Shown here: positions 11,213-25,900 of the stretch, piece by piece
How positions within the stretch are numbered: position 1 is the stretch's first letter
How the letters are laid out: each line of letters begins with the position of its first letter
Assembly (NCBI RefSeq): GCF_964355755.1
Contig: NC_092671.1
Span: forward strand, 17,050,001 to 17,114,000
DNA length: 64,000 nt
Reading direction: 5' to 3'
Source of the DNA: Antedon mediterranea
Lineage: Eukaryota; Animalia; Echinodermata
The notes under the pieces: model-generated
Database searches by the model: none
What the model was told of the DNA's origin: nothing
Seen by the model: the letters and a program-made list of their open reading frames with translations, nothing else
Translations under genes and position numbers: made by a program

Positions 11213-13249
11213 GCTATGGTATGTTGAATTATTAGGTTTTTTTTATTTAAACAAATATGAAATATTATTCTTAATTTATAAATTGATGAATTTAAAAAGT
11301 AAATTTTAAAAGGCGAAAGATATTATGAAATTTAAATAGCGCCATTCATATTCGACTGGGATAGGCCTACAGTTATATAGTTTATAGATTTTTTAATTAA
11401 AAAAATATGCATATTAAAATCATTACAAACTGCCACATAATCTTGCTGATACAGTGTTACGACTAAAATTCAATAATATTGTACTGTATTACGTAATATT
11501 GTTATGAAATAACAGTTTCAGAATTATATTATGTGTAGGCCTACTATGTGTGCATTGGGTGTGTTGGTTGTTTAAAATATAAAGAATAGACATTATAATA
11601 GGAAAATACGAAATGGTATTAAGTTATGAATGTCTAATTCAGTTACAATTCAATTTACACTGTGTTTATTCGGACACTTCAAATTTGTGGCAATCAATCT
11701 AAGAACGTATTAACTGTCAATGATAATTTCAATTATGTTAGAACATAGAATCGCAGAGTGGTTTTCAATCAAGGCATTATACACTCGCATTATGCTATAC
11801 AAGAGCTTCTGCTGGTTTTGGAAAATCACCCATTTACCAATTCACTCGTGTATAAAACTTAAATTTACCAAAATGCATTGAGATTGTTTGTCAAGCGTCG
11901 CAGTTAGAGTACAGTAACGCAAACCGTGTGAATCCACCACCACACGAATAAAGCCTTTATGGCACAACGTTTGTAAGCACCGAGCAGTATGATACAATCG
12001 TTTTTATGTGAAACACAATGCTTTTTTTTCAAGTGTCACCCCTGGGAGAAAGCGGATTCCTACGTCTACGAGGAACGAGCGGACACTCAGCCTTTAAATA
12101 AACAATTTCCAGTTCTCCACGACGCCTTCCGATCCTCGACATTCAATGATCCAATACTCATCGATATTTACTATTATTCTTTTTTGCTTATGATCTCTAT
12201 TTGAACTAACTTAATTTGTATGCAAATTCTGCAGCGATTTATGATCTTTCAACAAGAGTACAATTACAAATTCAAATTTGTAATTTTATTGCGGATATTT
12301 TCATTGAACTGAAGCACTCATGTAATGTTTACAGACGTCTTAGTATACGTAACACATGCAATTTGATATCATTTCGTTTATACGCGTTATTGAAAACGCA
12401 ATTCCAAAATCGACCGATTGAGAACAAAATCTACGATAGTACGGGTTTGCCCTCTGAGGCAAATATGATACTTACTGTTATAATCCATATCTTAATCTTA
12501 ACACTAAATCTGGCAACCTCATCATATCAAGGGTGACTGTTGCCAGAATTGTGTGTCGTCAGATTTTTGCCACCATCGATGACTTAGCAAAAATGGATAG
12601 TCTAAGGTTAATGAGTTGAGGATGATTCGTTTCAAACCATAACGATTGCAGTTTTGCAAAGATAAGCGGTTAAATGGCGTTCACAGTTGTTTGTGTGTTT
12701 AACCGTTATTCTCAGGTTAACCGGTTAATAAATTGGTATCATTTTTGCTGGCAAGAAACATAGATCCAGAATGGGATTGGAAGGGGTCGGAGCGCCAAAA
12801 AATTGATTTACAGTGACATTTTAAAATCCTGGACGCCACTGAGAAGTTAGTTAGTTAAATTATTAACCGGTTATTTGTTCGCAGCATTAAACGAGTTCTG
12901 GATCAACTTCTATTATTCCTGTAATGGCTAAGAAAACAATTTGCGTTTTATTTCTTATGTTTACAGTGCTACTGAACGTAGACACTAATTAAAAACAAAT
13001 ACTTATAAGTAACCTCTTGACAACTAAGGCGTCGAGTAATCTACTAAAAGATAGATGGTTATTGAATTTCACCTGAAACCTACAGCTAGCACGTATATCG
13101 GAATACATTAATTTTATACACCTTCACATCATGGAGGAAAACATAAACATTTTTCCTCCATGTTTTCCCAATTCTGTGGCTAGAATTGAGTTTAACTCTG
13201 TAAAATAAATAAAATAGTAGTCAGGCCTAATATTCTGTATCTAAATGTC

Positions 13250-13397
13250 TCCACTATCATAGGAACATTGGTAATACAGCATCACATGTATTTCACAAGT
13301 ATCATACGACCGTAACTAACCCTTAACGTTCCATGATACAGGTACCACATGTGATACACATGAGATGCTGTATTAACAATATTCCTATGATAATGGG
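13250..13397. mobile_element. Small hairpin MITE (about 150 bp)
   Basis: ccactatcataggaacattggtaatacagcatcacatgt is inverted as acatgagatgctgtattaacaatattcctatgataatgg. Confidence 0.6.
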
Positions 13398-15371
13398 CAA
13401 TTGTGGTCAATGACTTTGAGAATAAACATAATTTGTTAAAGGCCTAACAAGACATACAGAGCGAATTATTCGCCCACTATTGACGTTTTCTAGTATAATC
13501 TACCGACTTTCAATTGTATTTGTTTAAATATTCGTTATTTACTTATCAAATTAAAATATCAAATAGGGCTAAATCCACACTTTACCGATAACCTAGCTGT
13601 GTTATAAAAACATCATCTACACATTAACCCAATCACATTGCAATTTATTTTGCGACTAAATTTTAACGTAAGATTAAGATATCAACGGATTGAGTTTTAT
13701 GCAAACAGAGACGTTTACTCATCTTCAACAGTCAACAAAACGTCTTCTAAATTAATAGCAATATTAATGAGAGTATTATATTCACTATCACGGTATTGCT
13801 TTTGTTATCGTACGAATTTTGGAGACAATTTTATATGTAGGCTTATTATAATAATAATAATAATTGTATTCATCATCTTCTACATTCTAAAATGTGTTTT
13901 GAATAAATATTAATATCATCATATAATATCGTACCAAACAAAACACGAGTTGAATGCTTCTTGGTATCAATGACAAATTATAGGCCAATTATGAATAATT
14001 TTAAATTCTATTTCATTGCAATTCCATTTCAAGATGAGTAGCTTTGCTGCTTGGTTCACTTCGCAGAATATTACGTCAATTCATTGCGTTGATTCATTGC
14101 GTTATAATTAGGCCTATTACTATTTTGTTTCAATTTTTCTATCTTGTCATAAATGAAGAAATGGTAATGGTTTGTGGAGCATTGGTTCTGAAAATATCGT
14201 ACGATTTCAGGGAAAAAACGGCTTCTTGATCCATCGCTCCGAATTCGGAGTCCGAATCAATTACGGATTTAAATCGTATGAACGATCCTATGATTTACCA
14301 CTGAACCCATTTTCCACGATATTTTTCACAGGGCGCCGGACCGAACCCGGGCGCCATGTGAAAGCCGTCTGTAGGCTGCAGGTGAAATGTTACAATACAG
14401 AGATTTTTATCATCAACTCATTAAGTTTAGATTTAAAACAAATCAGATCTGTGCAATAGGAAACATGTTAAACGAACCGTAAAGACTAAACCTATTATTC
14501 CTTATATACACCATTTTCTCAAATTGAAAATTAATTCTTTATTATGCCTTACCTATATGCGTATGCTGCGTACCCGCGCACTATCAACATATTGCATGTC
14601 CACATTAAAAGCTTAGAAGAATGCATTTCCACAAAACTCATTTATTATAATATTAATACAATCTTCTAGATTGTTGATAAGTCTCTCAATTTCAGCGGTT
14701 ATTCACCTTGAAAGACGATTTATCAATATTATACAAAATATCAGTTATCAATTATATTGCAATCCACTTAAATCGATGGCCACAGATAAACAAATAAGAA
14801 CATACTGTACACTTGAACATACCTTTCACGAGACACCCCTATTAGGGGGACACTTTCCCGTGAAGTAAATAGAGGGTATATGGGACATCTTGTTGGGTCC
14901 TGCAGATTTCCGCTTAATATGGGTTATTGTACTTACTGTATAAGCCTTTTTAAATGTAGTTATTCTTTTGAATAATAAAACCGAACCTAAATCAAACGAC
15001 GCATATGTTTAAAGAATCACATAGGGCTTCGTTCAGATCTGCTAATTGATTTACTAGTGTTCTTTTCACGTTATTATATTTAAATCATCAGGCTATACGA
15101 AAAAAAAAATGAATCGAATAATATATGTCACTATGTAGTAACAGTGCATTTACTTTACTTTAATAATGTAGGTCTGTAATATTATATGTTGATCATTTTA
15201 CATTGATAAAATTCATCTATCTTAAATTGATTAATTGCAACAAGTATAATATCAGTGTCATGTCGCAATTAAATTATAGTGACATGGGATACAATGTTAT
15301 TATGGAGGGAGCACATCGGAGTACATTTCGACTCATCGGTCTTCAGCGTTTGGTCCGTTTGCATAGCGATC

Positions 15372-15890
15372 TTTCGTCGTTTCCGGACCGATAGACGAGA
15401 ACGTTATATCGACCAGTACCGTCCCGACAATGAACGGAGGTATTATACTGGGCACCTGCACAATTCAAGATCGTTTTGTGCCGGTTTAAATAGCGGCCCT
15501 TCGTCGTTTTAGGACCGATAGACGAAACGTTATATCGAACAATACTGTCCCGAAAAATGAACGAAACAGTAAGTATTATCTGGGTCTAACTCATGCCTGA
15601 CACAATTCAAGATCGTTCTGTGCCGGTTTAAATAGCGGCCCTTCGTCGTTTTAGGACCGATAGACGAAACGTTATATCGAACAATACTGTCCCGAAAAAT
15701 GAACGAAACAGTACCGGTAAGTATTATCTGGGCCTAACACATGCCTAACACAACTCAGGATCGTTTTGTGCCGGTTTAAATAGGGGCCTTTCGTCGTTTC
15801 AGGACCGATAGACGAGAACGTTATATCGACTAATACCGCCCCGATAATGAATGAACAGTATGTATTATACTAGGTCTAACACATGCGTAG
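15372..15890 (+). repeat. CpG-rich tandem repeat, unit about 127-148 bp, about 3.7 copies
   Basis: ttcgtcgttt..ggaccgatagacga..acgttatatcga recurs at 15373, 15500, 15642 and 15790. Confidence 0.9.
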
Positions 15891-17827
15891 ACTAATCGTT
15901 TGTATAAACTCAATTTTCTTTTGTCGAGCAATAGTTCAAAATATCCTTACGAGTCAGTTTGTTTGTATATTTATTAGCCACATATGGTATATGTTTTACA
16001 TATACCTCTTTCCAAGATTTTATTAAAATTAGATGGTAGTTTAAATATCTATGTATTATATAACCTGATATAGTATTATGACGTGTTCCTGAATCGATTT
16101 GTTATAACGGTGGCCTGACACAATTAATCCGAATGATTATAATTATTTCAAGCGGGGAGTCACGCACAAGTAGTGACGAACTCAATCAATTATTACATAT
16201 ATTAATTGGTATAGCATTTTGACGACGTGTAACCAATAATTGTAGTTGTATAATGATGCAGGTTCTGTGACGATAATCTGTATCATTATCACCTACCTAC
16301 AGAAATAATTTATACTCGTTTGTATCAATTTAACAGTGAACTCATTATATAAATGTAACTGAACATTGGTTTACCTTAACGCGATGTTGGGGTTCTGGTG
16401 TTGTAGATGTAGGCAGAGAGGTAGCCATGTCTTTTTGTCTCAATGAATACCATGTTTACCCGATACATGATCGGTATCGTGTCCAGCGACAATAAAAAGT
16501 CAGCAGTATCACCTCTTCAGACAGCAACCTTTGTCACATACTGTAGAGTCTGTTAAATGTTTAACGGATGCTTTAACAGATACTGTATATGTTATTCGTC
16601 TTTAATGATGCATTGGTATACTCCTAAGATAATTGAAAATTTTAATTCATCATTTTAATAATAAATAAATATAGAGTATTTATAATAATTAAAAATTCAA
16701 TAATGCTTCAATGGTATCGACTCATCACTATGGAAGTTGTAAACCAACTATAATGCACGTTTCTAAACAGAGTTGCGCCCAAAGGGATTCAACTACGCGA
16801 AAAATAAACTAAATAATAATCTGAAAAGCGAAATCTAAACATAGGATTTATAATCTATATTTTAATAAAGGAAAGTAAACCAACCTTCACCACTCGCAAC
16901 AAGGACTTATTCATTAAAGGTGTATCACATTTAATAAGTGCATTCAGTATTCATATAAAATACATATTTTCCCGATGGATAATTCATATTTATCAGTACA
17001 TTTTTCAGGCAAACTGGTACAAAAGTAGCAAGATAGAGCAAGAATAAGTATCTACCATTTCTAGACTAACCGAGTCCAATACCGTACTTATGGGATCAAC
17101 TAAATATTAGTACATATTAATAGTATGCTTAATTGTGTTGTATCGGGGTTTTTTGCCTAATTGTAAGCCTTAGTGTTACAAACACCATTATACTCTTTAT
17201 TTTGCTTGCTTGCTTGCAATTTTATTTATTTCTATATGCCTTTTGTTTGTATCTAAACACAAAACACTACATTATATTATTTTGACATTTATTTTGATTC
17301 ATCTTAAGTTAATAAGTTTATTTATTTTTGTATGCTGTATTTCACACAACATGTTATTTTTGTTTGCATTTATTTTGTTCTTTTAAAGTTATTATTTGGA
17401 CACTGCTGTACGAGTGAGGTTTCCAATAAATTATTATTATATTAAAAACTTGTGATGGTTATACTAGACACAAATTAATTTTACTGACAACTGGAAATAA
17501 ATACCCAAAAACCAATCGATCAGTCATTAATAACAAAATTGTTAAGCGTACATATTCAAAGGAAACTAATTCGAAAACTTGTCAATTTCGTTCGATGGTA
17601 AAATTACTTTAACCAAGCTTCATCATAAGGGAAATTATCTATCTATCAGACAACGTGTTGGTTACGGAATTATAATGAAAACATTATCAGAAATTGACCA
17701 GAACAACATATGTGTTAAGTTGATTGAGTTAAACGTTACAGTGCTATCAATTACACTTTCAATAAAACAATTCAATCATGCAATTAAAAGAGAGTGTATA
17801 ACATTTAGCGATATCAAGTTGTATTAA

Positions 17828-20800
17828 TAGTGTAGGCTGGTATGTCGTTTATATGAATGTCGTGTATATTTTTTGTTAAAAGCAAACTTTGACTTTATTT
17901 CATATCTTGATAATATAAGGAATGAAAAAAAATATGTTGCCATTTTTTCAAAAGACATTTAAAGGACCAAATTCAAGATGGCCGCCAACATTCAAATAAC
18001 CCTATTAAAAATCAGAATATCACCAATAATATAAATTATGAATGTGGAACAAGTCCGTTTTGATGGTATTACTGTACCCATTATACAATCCTAACTATGT
18101 AAAGCGATAATCTGTCGGCCATCTTGGATTTCAAAATGGCCGCCACTAAAAATTAAATTCTTTAAATATTTTTTTTTTAAATATGTGTGCATAAATTGTT
18201 GTTTGTACACAATGTTCTAAAATTGTCACTTCGCACAGGATTGTAAATTGTAAATATAAGGCTAAAGTTGTCAATGTCCTCTATATAACAGATATATAAT
18301 ACCCCACTATGACTATTAAATTAAATAATCGTTCAAAGTTGGAGTTGCAAAAGTATGAAACAACTTAACAATTTATATCAAATATTCAACAACAATTACG
18401 TCTAACTAGAGGGTTAGACCTCTAGTTTGCTCGCTCTCCTCTAGGAAGTGTAATCGAAGGTTCTCGGAATGATAATGACTCGGGTAAAAAGGTTTTACAA
18501 GGACTTTCTCCTTGTACGTTTTCTGTCGGTTACCATTATTGAAAATACTTGACATTCGAAAAACTAAACCTACTCTGTTTCACAGTGTCTTAAATGATTA
18601 ATAACATTTTAAAGTATAGTGTTTATTGTTTTTATAGGGCGGAGGTGGGGAGGCAGAGTTCATTTGAGGGAGATGCTTATTCGAGGGATTTTTTAGTTTT
18701 AATAACATCGTAACATTTATAATTAAATAAAATCCTCTAATAGATATGAAAAGTGGTAAAAAATTATAGCAAATGCTTGGTAAATTATAGTTAACAGTGT
18801 AATGAATTCTATTATAAATAGTATATACAATATTGTGTGTATAATTAATGTGGATGGGCGTTTATTAGATAGTTGGGTAGGGGGGTGGGTGGGTGTAGGC
18901 GATTATTATTCAAAGTGATGTTTTATTGGGGAGGCGTTTATTCAAATAAATACCATCATAATACATTATTTAATTTAAACATCTTTTGAAACTAACTTCC
19001 GCGACAGTCTAGGCCGTTTCGGCCCAAGAAGGAAGATGTTTTAGACGGCTTGCAATATGGGCCCTAATGGGACACAGATAGCCTACAGTTATTCCTGCCA
19101 GCTTACTCAATAAAACTCGGCTATCGGGATTTTATTTTTTAACTACTGTACCTTCACACGCGCGGTCCGATCCGAAAATAAACAAAAAACTAAAATAGCT
19201 ATAGCCACTAACGACCAACTTAACTGAAACCAGGTAGTTGCAAGGTGAACCTGTGAACTCATCGTGAACCCGGAAATTACTTTGACCGCGTACAATTGAA
19301 ATTGAGTTGAAATCTACCGATGAATCAGAAATTTTGTTTTAAAACTCTTTATAATATATTCCTAAGATAGAAATATGGAACAATATCGTAATAGTGAAAA
19401 CTGTTTTACATTTTGCGGTACACCTGAGATAGTTCTGGTAGGTATCCAAGGCAGAAATTTGTTACAAAGTTTTTCCATTGTGCTCGCCTATGTCAGAATT
19501 AACCATAATTTATATATAGATTCTAAATCACAGATCTCATTTCTTTTCATGAAACTGAAACTTGACAGGAGACAGGACCACAATATAAAACAAGTGCATT
19601 TATACCTTATTGTGAAATCCTGTATAAATATGTTAAATAATAAATGCGTTATTGCTATGTAATTCAATGTCTAAACCTTCAGGGCCATAGTCACCAGTAT
19701 GGTTGGTAAGTTTTCAACCTGTCAACGTTTGGCAGAAGCTTGAAGGAAATACAGATACAGCTCTGCCTATAAATAACCTTGTAAATGAATGAACTCCTAC
19801 TTCTCATCTTCTACAATCTCAACCAATTTCATTAGATATGTACCCCATACAGACAGACCAGCATTATACACTGGTTTGATGAGTGCACATGGTTGTGGTA
19901 TAAAAACTCATGTACTAGGGAAAGACAAGAATGCCTGGTGATGACTCTTGCCCGAGATGAGTGGAGGTGGACAGAGATGACATCAAAAAGCAATTATTAT
20001 GTCGACCCGGTGAACTATATGGCTTTTGGACATTGTGAAAATAGTGTTGAGGCAAGTGCTTTTGTTGAAACTGAACTTGTATTACCTATACAACCAGTGA
20101 CACAAATATCTTAAATGGAAAACATCTCTAAAGGACAGAAGAACACAAATTCTGCTTTCTCTCTACAACTTGCTTCTACAAATTCAGACAGAGAAAGAGA
20201 TTCTAAGTTAAGTATCATTTTGTTTGAAAGAGGCTGATCATAAAGATATTAACTTGAATACAGAGAGTCGACGAAATCTAAATGATGTGGTTAAACTACA
20301 TCCCTATTATGTATATGAGAGGACATGTATGCGTGGGACTTGCTGAATTTACATCAATTGACCAGGGTCATTGAGCGTGGTATCATTGGAATAACACAAA
20401 TTAATGATTTCATCAGAGCTGGCAAATCTAGTTAACATTTAAAGAGAGATGATATCCCGATTAATGAAGAATGCTGCAATTCGCACAAAGGTGTTAGTTG
20501 GCCATGGCATGATGAAATTGGACAGAAAATGTTTGAGGCATTGGTAAAAGTCTTGTAGAAGGCAAACTGTCTATATGGGATCCTAAGAAAAAGACGAATA
20601 TTGGCAAAATATATATATGACGGTGAATACAGGTGACAAACTTATCAAAGTAAAAGAAGACTCCTATAGAGATTATTTGCCGGTGAAATTAGGTATTTCA
20701 GTTATTTTGCCAATTTGTTTCTGAACAAGGTTGTTGGGAACGCAGATCAGTCTGTGGAAGTTCGATGGATACAGTAGTAGAGAACGAAGGAAGGTCAACT

Positions 20801-21500
20801 TACTGTATCGCATTCAAGATTAGAAATATTTCATTGAAGGACTTTGGCAGAGTTAGTTGTCATTTAACTGAAGAAGTTTATGAGATGTTTTAATATGAAG
20901 AAGTGTACTGTCAGTACTGTAGACCTCCTGATGGTCAACATTTTGTGTTAATCACCATGTTGTTGTCATAAGCACGTCATTTTGTGTATTTCAATCTAAT
21001 TTTATTTAACTTATACAAGTTTTAATAAGAAATTTAACCCATTATTAAAAAATGGCGGCCATTTTAAAATTCAAAATGGCCGACATTTTGTGTTAATCAC
21101 CAATGTTGTTGTCATAGGCCTATCATTTTATGTGATTTCAATCAACGTCATAACTTGCACATATTTTAATAAGAAATTTAATCCATTTTTAAAAAATGGC
21201 GGCCATTTTGAAATTCAAAATGTCAGAATACTAATGAATATAGGTTTATAATAATTCTTATATAGCAGAGAACCCATATGAACTTAAAATATTATTCATA
21301 ATGGGTGTTACTTTGTCCAATATGGTACATTTATTGGATATTTTACGTATTGGCGGCCATCTTGGATTTGACACCCTTAAGCTTTTTTAAAAAAATGGCA
21401 ACATATTTTTTTCATTACTTTACATCCTAAAGACACTAAATCAGCTGGAATTTTGCTTTTAACAAAAAAATGACACGAAATTACATAGTGGCCTACACTA
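17828..21500 (+). mobile_element. Decayed Academ DNA transposon (3.67 kb)
   Basis: Termini TAGTGTAGGC...GCCTACACTA with a 3-bp TSD (TAA on both sides), long imperfect inverted subtermini (about 17828-18150 vs 21030-21500) containing aagatggccgcc motifs, and internal transposase-like remnants. TAG..CTA ends with a 3-bp TSD fit Academ. Confidence 0.75.
20330..20680 (+). pseudogene. Academ transposase remnant (frameshifts and stops)
   Basis: Fragments FTSIDQGH, ERGIIGITQ (20373-20399), EIGQKMFEAL, LVEGKLSIWDPKKK (20552-20593) and VNTGDKLIKVKED (20623-20661) resemble Academ transposase motifs as I recall them, in the expected order. Confidence 0.6.
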
Positions 21501-22619
21501 TAAACAGTTCAACGTCTTAACGATAACCATGTTCTTGGTCAATTTCTGACAATATGTTTATTTCGTCTGAGAAAACAATATGCACAGTTTTCTCAGACTT
21601 CGTGCTGATAGCCTGATTCGACGCTCAGACTGGACAAAGTTTTAATTAGTAAACCCTTGTACTTAGATAACATCCTTATTTAATTCAATTAAAATCAATA
21701 TTTATTTCTTTCAAATTTTAAATCAAATACAGATTATAAACTGAAATATAATTTAAATAATGATAAAATGTATACTATAATAGTTTAATATAAATGAAAT
21801 ATAAAAAGGCACGTGACCTTTAAGTAAAATTGGGGACACCTTCCTGTGAAATGAACTTCAGTAGGCCTATGACCAACCCTATTCAGAATACACTTCAATT
21901 AGGATACTTTGTTGGGTCCGGCGGAGTATCCCTTTAATAGAGGTTCTACCGTAATAAAATGTGCAACCAATTCAGAATACTGGATATGAACAGATTATGA
22001 ACATCAGCTCAAGATCAACAAAGGAACGGAATGGTGGAATGATATCACCCGATTGATCTCCATTTTCGGAAATTCTTTCACACGGTTGAAACTGTGAAAT
22101 ATACACAAATACTCAGCTTCCACGCAATACGTGTGCTTTAAAATACAATATTTAGTAATATCAGGGATTCCTCCATCATACACAATACAATTCAAAATCA
22201 TTCGCCGCCGATAGCACCGGTAATGAATTTCGTTAGAGTACAAACAATACATGTCTTACCTTCGTAGGTGCTGCAGTACAAGAACCATGTTCAAACAACT
22301 ATTCAATACTGCATAAGCACGTGGGTGAGTTCTTGCGTGTCTAAAGCGAATATCAAACGTTGGAATTGAAAGTATTTAAGCACGTAGTCTTGTATTGCTG
22401 TACCATAACTACTTATAACATTATACGTTATCTTAATATAGAAATCGTATCAAATCATTGTTTAATTAACATCCAACAGAAGAGCACAGAGAACACATGT
22501 AATTTTACCTAATATAAGGATTATTGCCTTATATCAAACAATATCATTCATCAAATTACAAAATTAAGTGTATTAATTCTATAACATAGATTTTCTTATA
22601 TTTAAAGTATATACCTTAA

Positions 22620-22948
22620 AGATGTATTGTCCCCCAAAAACATGAAAAATAAAGATTAATTAAATCAGAGTTGAATACACCATTTTGCAGTTTTAATCAA
22701 GTTATTCACTTATGTAGAAAAAAAAATCTACAAAAATAATTATTTCACTTGTAAAAAAGACAAAAGAAACGGTTAATTTTAACCAAAAACCATTGTTTGA
22801 CAGACAATTTAGGTAGGCCTATATTTTTCTTTAAATTATTTTTTTTTTCCGGGAATTTTTTTTTTCGATCCAGATTTATGTGACATTAAAATTGCATATT
22901 CAACAACAAAAATGTAAAAAAATATTAGTTTAGGGGGACAATATATCT
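22620..22948. mobile_element. Kolobok-like MITE, copy 3
   Basis: TTAA-AGATGTATTGTCCCCC ... GGGGGACAATATATCT-TTAA. The internal sequence is collinear with 518-865. Confidence 0.8.
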
Positions 22949-25900
22949 TTAATCATATTATTAATATTTAAAATTGTAAAAATGCAAAGGAAACTCAGCC
23001 CCGATTGTGGCTTTTAGTTTTTCTGTAGGAAATTATTCAATTACAGTAGACCCCTCCTTTGGGACAACTCTATGAAAAATATTATATTTCTAAATGTATT
23101 AAATTACTAACTTTAATCTAGAATTAACTAGGTATGTCAACATAATATCCCTATGAAATTATACTAAAGAAAAATAGTAGACGAAGAACTATAATCAAAA
23201 TGTTATTAAATATGTCATCATCACGAACGCTAAACGCCCTGCGACTTAGTCTCCAATCAGAGCATATTGGTCACAATGTGCATAGACTTTAAATATGTAT
23301 TATAAAAAAAAGTTAAAACTATTAGCCTTCTATGTACAAGAAAATGTTTTTCATAAGTAAACATGCGTTTTTATGCAAGAAATAAAAGTGGGTGAAATCT
23401 CTATAAGGAGAAAAAAAAGTGTTGTAGTTTATTGTATATGTATGCATTATGATTAAAAGGATTTTGAATGTTCAATTTCTGAATGTTATTTAGACGACCT
23501 GGCCAAGCATAAGTTATCATCTGTACAAGTTGGATACAAAAAAGATCAATATTATTTGATCAATGTGTCTTAGGGTATATCACTAAACTGTCCACGCTAT
23601 GGGCAATTATACAGAATTATACAATCCATCGATCGTAAATGCATTACGTTTTGTGGACCTTTAGCCTATCGCCAACGGTTTGAATGAAGACAATTCTATG
23701 TATAGGTAAGCCAACCTGTAATATCGTGCTTTACGTGGTAAACATGAAAAGAGTAAAGCGGAAGAAGTAGAGATCCTTTTTGCGAGATATATGTATATAA
23801 ATATAGGCATTGAGACAGAAATGGAGCAGGAGAAATTAAATGACACGTGAAAAATAAATCAAATTGATTTTATGAAGAGCAAAAACACAGAGTTTGTGTC
23901 ATTCCATCATCGCCTACGTAAGATATGACATTTCAAGATGAAGAAACGTAGAACAAAACAGCACAAAGGAGTTTGCCCACATGGAAATAAAGCTGATGCC
24001 GTCAGACATAGAAAATGTACAAACGAATAAAAATAAATATTAAATGATTTTATAAATTGATGACTAATCAGCAAACACAAACGAAACAATAATTTATTCG
24101 TTAGGTTTATTTTATACGTCAAATGTTTCCAATATGTCAAGGGTCAAATACGACAGTTCGGCAAACACAGAAACAGACATGACATGAAATCGACCTAAAA
24201 GATGGTAGGCTTAATTATGTGTTTTTCTGGGGGCTAGCATGAATAGATTAAAAAATGAGGTCGGATCTTTCTTTTCCTACGTAACAGACCGTCTGGAACA
24301 CATACAGTAACTATGTTGAGACATGGGCCGGAGATGGGCTCAGCTAAGTGGTGAATAAAGAATGTAAATTGTAATATTAGATATTTACAATTGAATGAAA
24401 TAAGGGAAGAAATCGTCATCCATTTTTGTATTTGTTTGTTCTTTGTTTATGTATTTAATTTTAAATGTATTGTTGAATGGATGCTAAATGAATAAAGAAA
24501 AAGACAAACAAATCCACTAGGCCTACCATAAACAGGAAACAAAATCAAAACACGTTCACAATAAAAATAAATTGCCATGATAAATTTTACGTTCAAACAC
24601 TTTTGCATTTTCGTAAGTTATATAAATCGATTATTTATTTAATTTTCAGTACTATAATATCATCAATTATAATAATTTGTAAACTAAGACTACGCCATAA
24701 TTAAATCGATTAATAGATATTGATGATACTGTATAAAATGTGCATATGCCAGATCACGTATGTCATATTGGACTAGTTCTGCGTGACACTTGTTATTCAA
24801 ATCGAATAGTATCAGTGTGTATTGTATTAAGGTTATTTTAATAGATCTATATATAAATAAATATATGCGTACAGAATTCCATTCGTTGGAGTTGGAGTTG
24901 AAAGGCGTAAAAATAAAAACGACAAGAAGATACCATATAGTGTATAATAATATCACGACAAAATGTATTATTCTACACACGGGAACACAAAAAAAAAAGA
25001 TTAATAACCATTAACCTGATACATTCATGTCTTACTGAAAATAAGTTGCCTTATCCGTGAAATAACTGTACAGTTTTAGTAGGCCTACTCGATCGTCAAC
25101 ACCGATACTTACCGGCGCAGATCCTTGTGGGAAATAACTCTAGAAAACAGTAGTTTTTGAGCACTTAACTCACTAAGATAGTGGAACCGCAATTACGTAG
25201 CCATAACATCGGCAAGGGTTCGAGGCTCACTCGCTCCATGGTAGAACCTAGTACAACCTACAAGTAGGGGTTATCCCGGTGTGCTAGTACACGCCCATCC
25301 ACTGATCTTAACTGGGCCCTCTGGGAGATCAGTCTTTAACTGAAGAGGTTAACCCGTATAAATAAATAACAAATTCAATTTAATAATTCATTACAATTAT
25401 TGCATATAAACATGGTGATGATGTGTTCTTAACTGACGGATCCTGTTCAATTTTAGGGGAACCACCGAAATTAACCCCTAAATGTGGATTTAATTAGCAT
25501 ATTGAGTACATCGATCAAACCAATTCTAAAATCTACCAGGAACAAGGATCCATACTTCTTAAATGGCCATTCCTGTGCTAAATTAACTTAAGAACGTAAT
25601 TATGCTAATTAGATACGGTATCTAATTAGCATTTTGAATACGCCTGCTCCGCTTTTTGGTGTACTTAAAGGACATAGAGAGTGCGCGCGTGGTGAACACA
25701 AAATCATCTTTTGTGTATTGTTAAATGATTGCCGTATTGTATTGCCGTAATGTATGATACCTTTTCCCTTAAATGACGATATGAATACAATTAATGATAA
25801 AAGCACAAAAATGTATGTAATCTACGTCTCATTACACCTAATAAAATATGGCAATGAAAATCTGAAACTATTTAAGCTATGGCGCCTATTCGGAAAAAAT

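Noticed and set aside
14803-14940. ggggacac-containing Tigger-like remnants (also about 21830-21953, 23043 and 37020-37140)
   Set aside because: Probably a real old MITE family, but the boundaries and TIRs could not be fixed.
15372-15890. CRISPR-like array (also 44186-44470 and 55389-55480)
   Set aside because: Whole units repeat with no unique spacers, there are no cas genes, and the context is eukaryotic.
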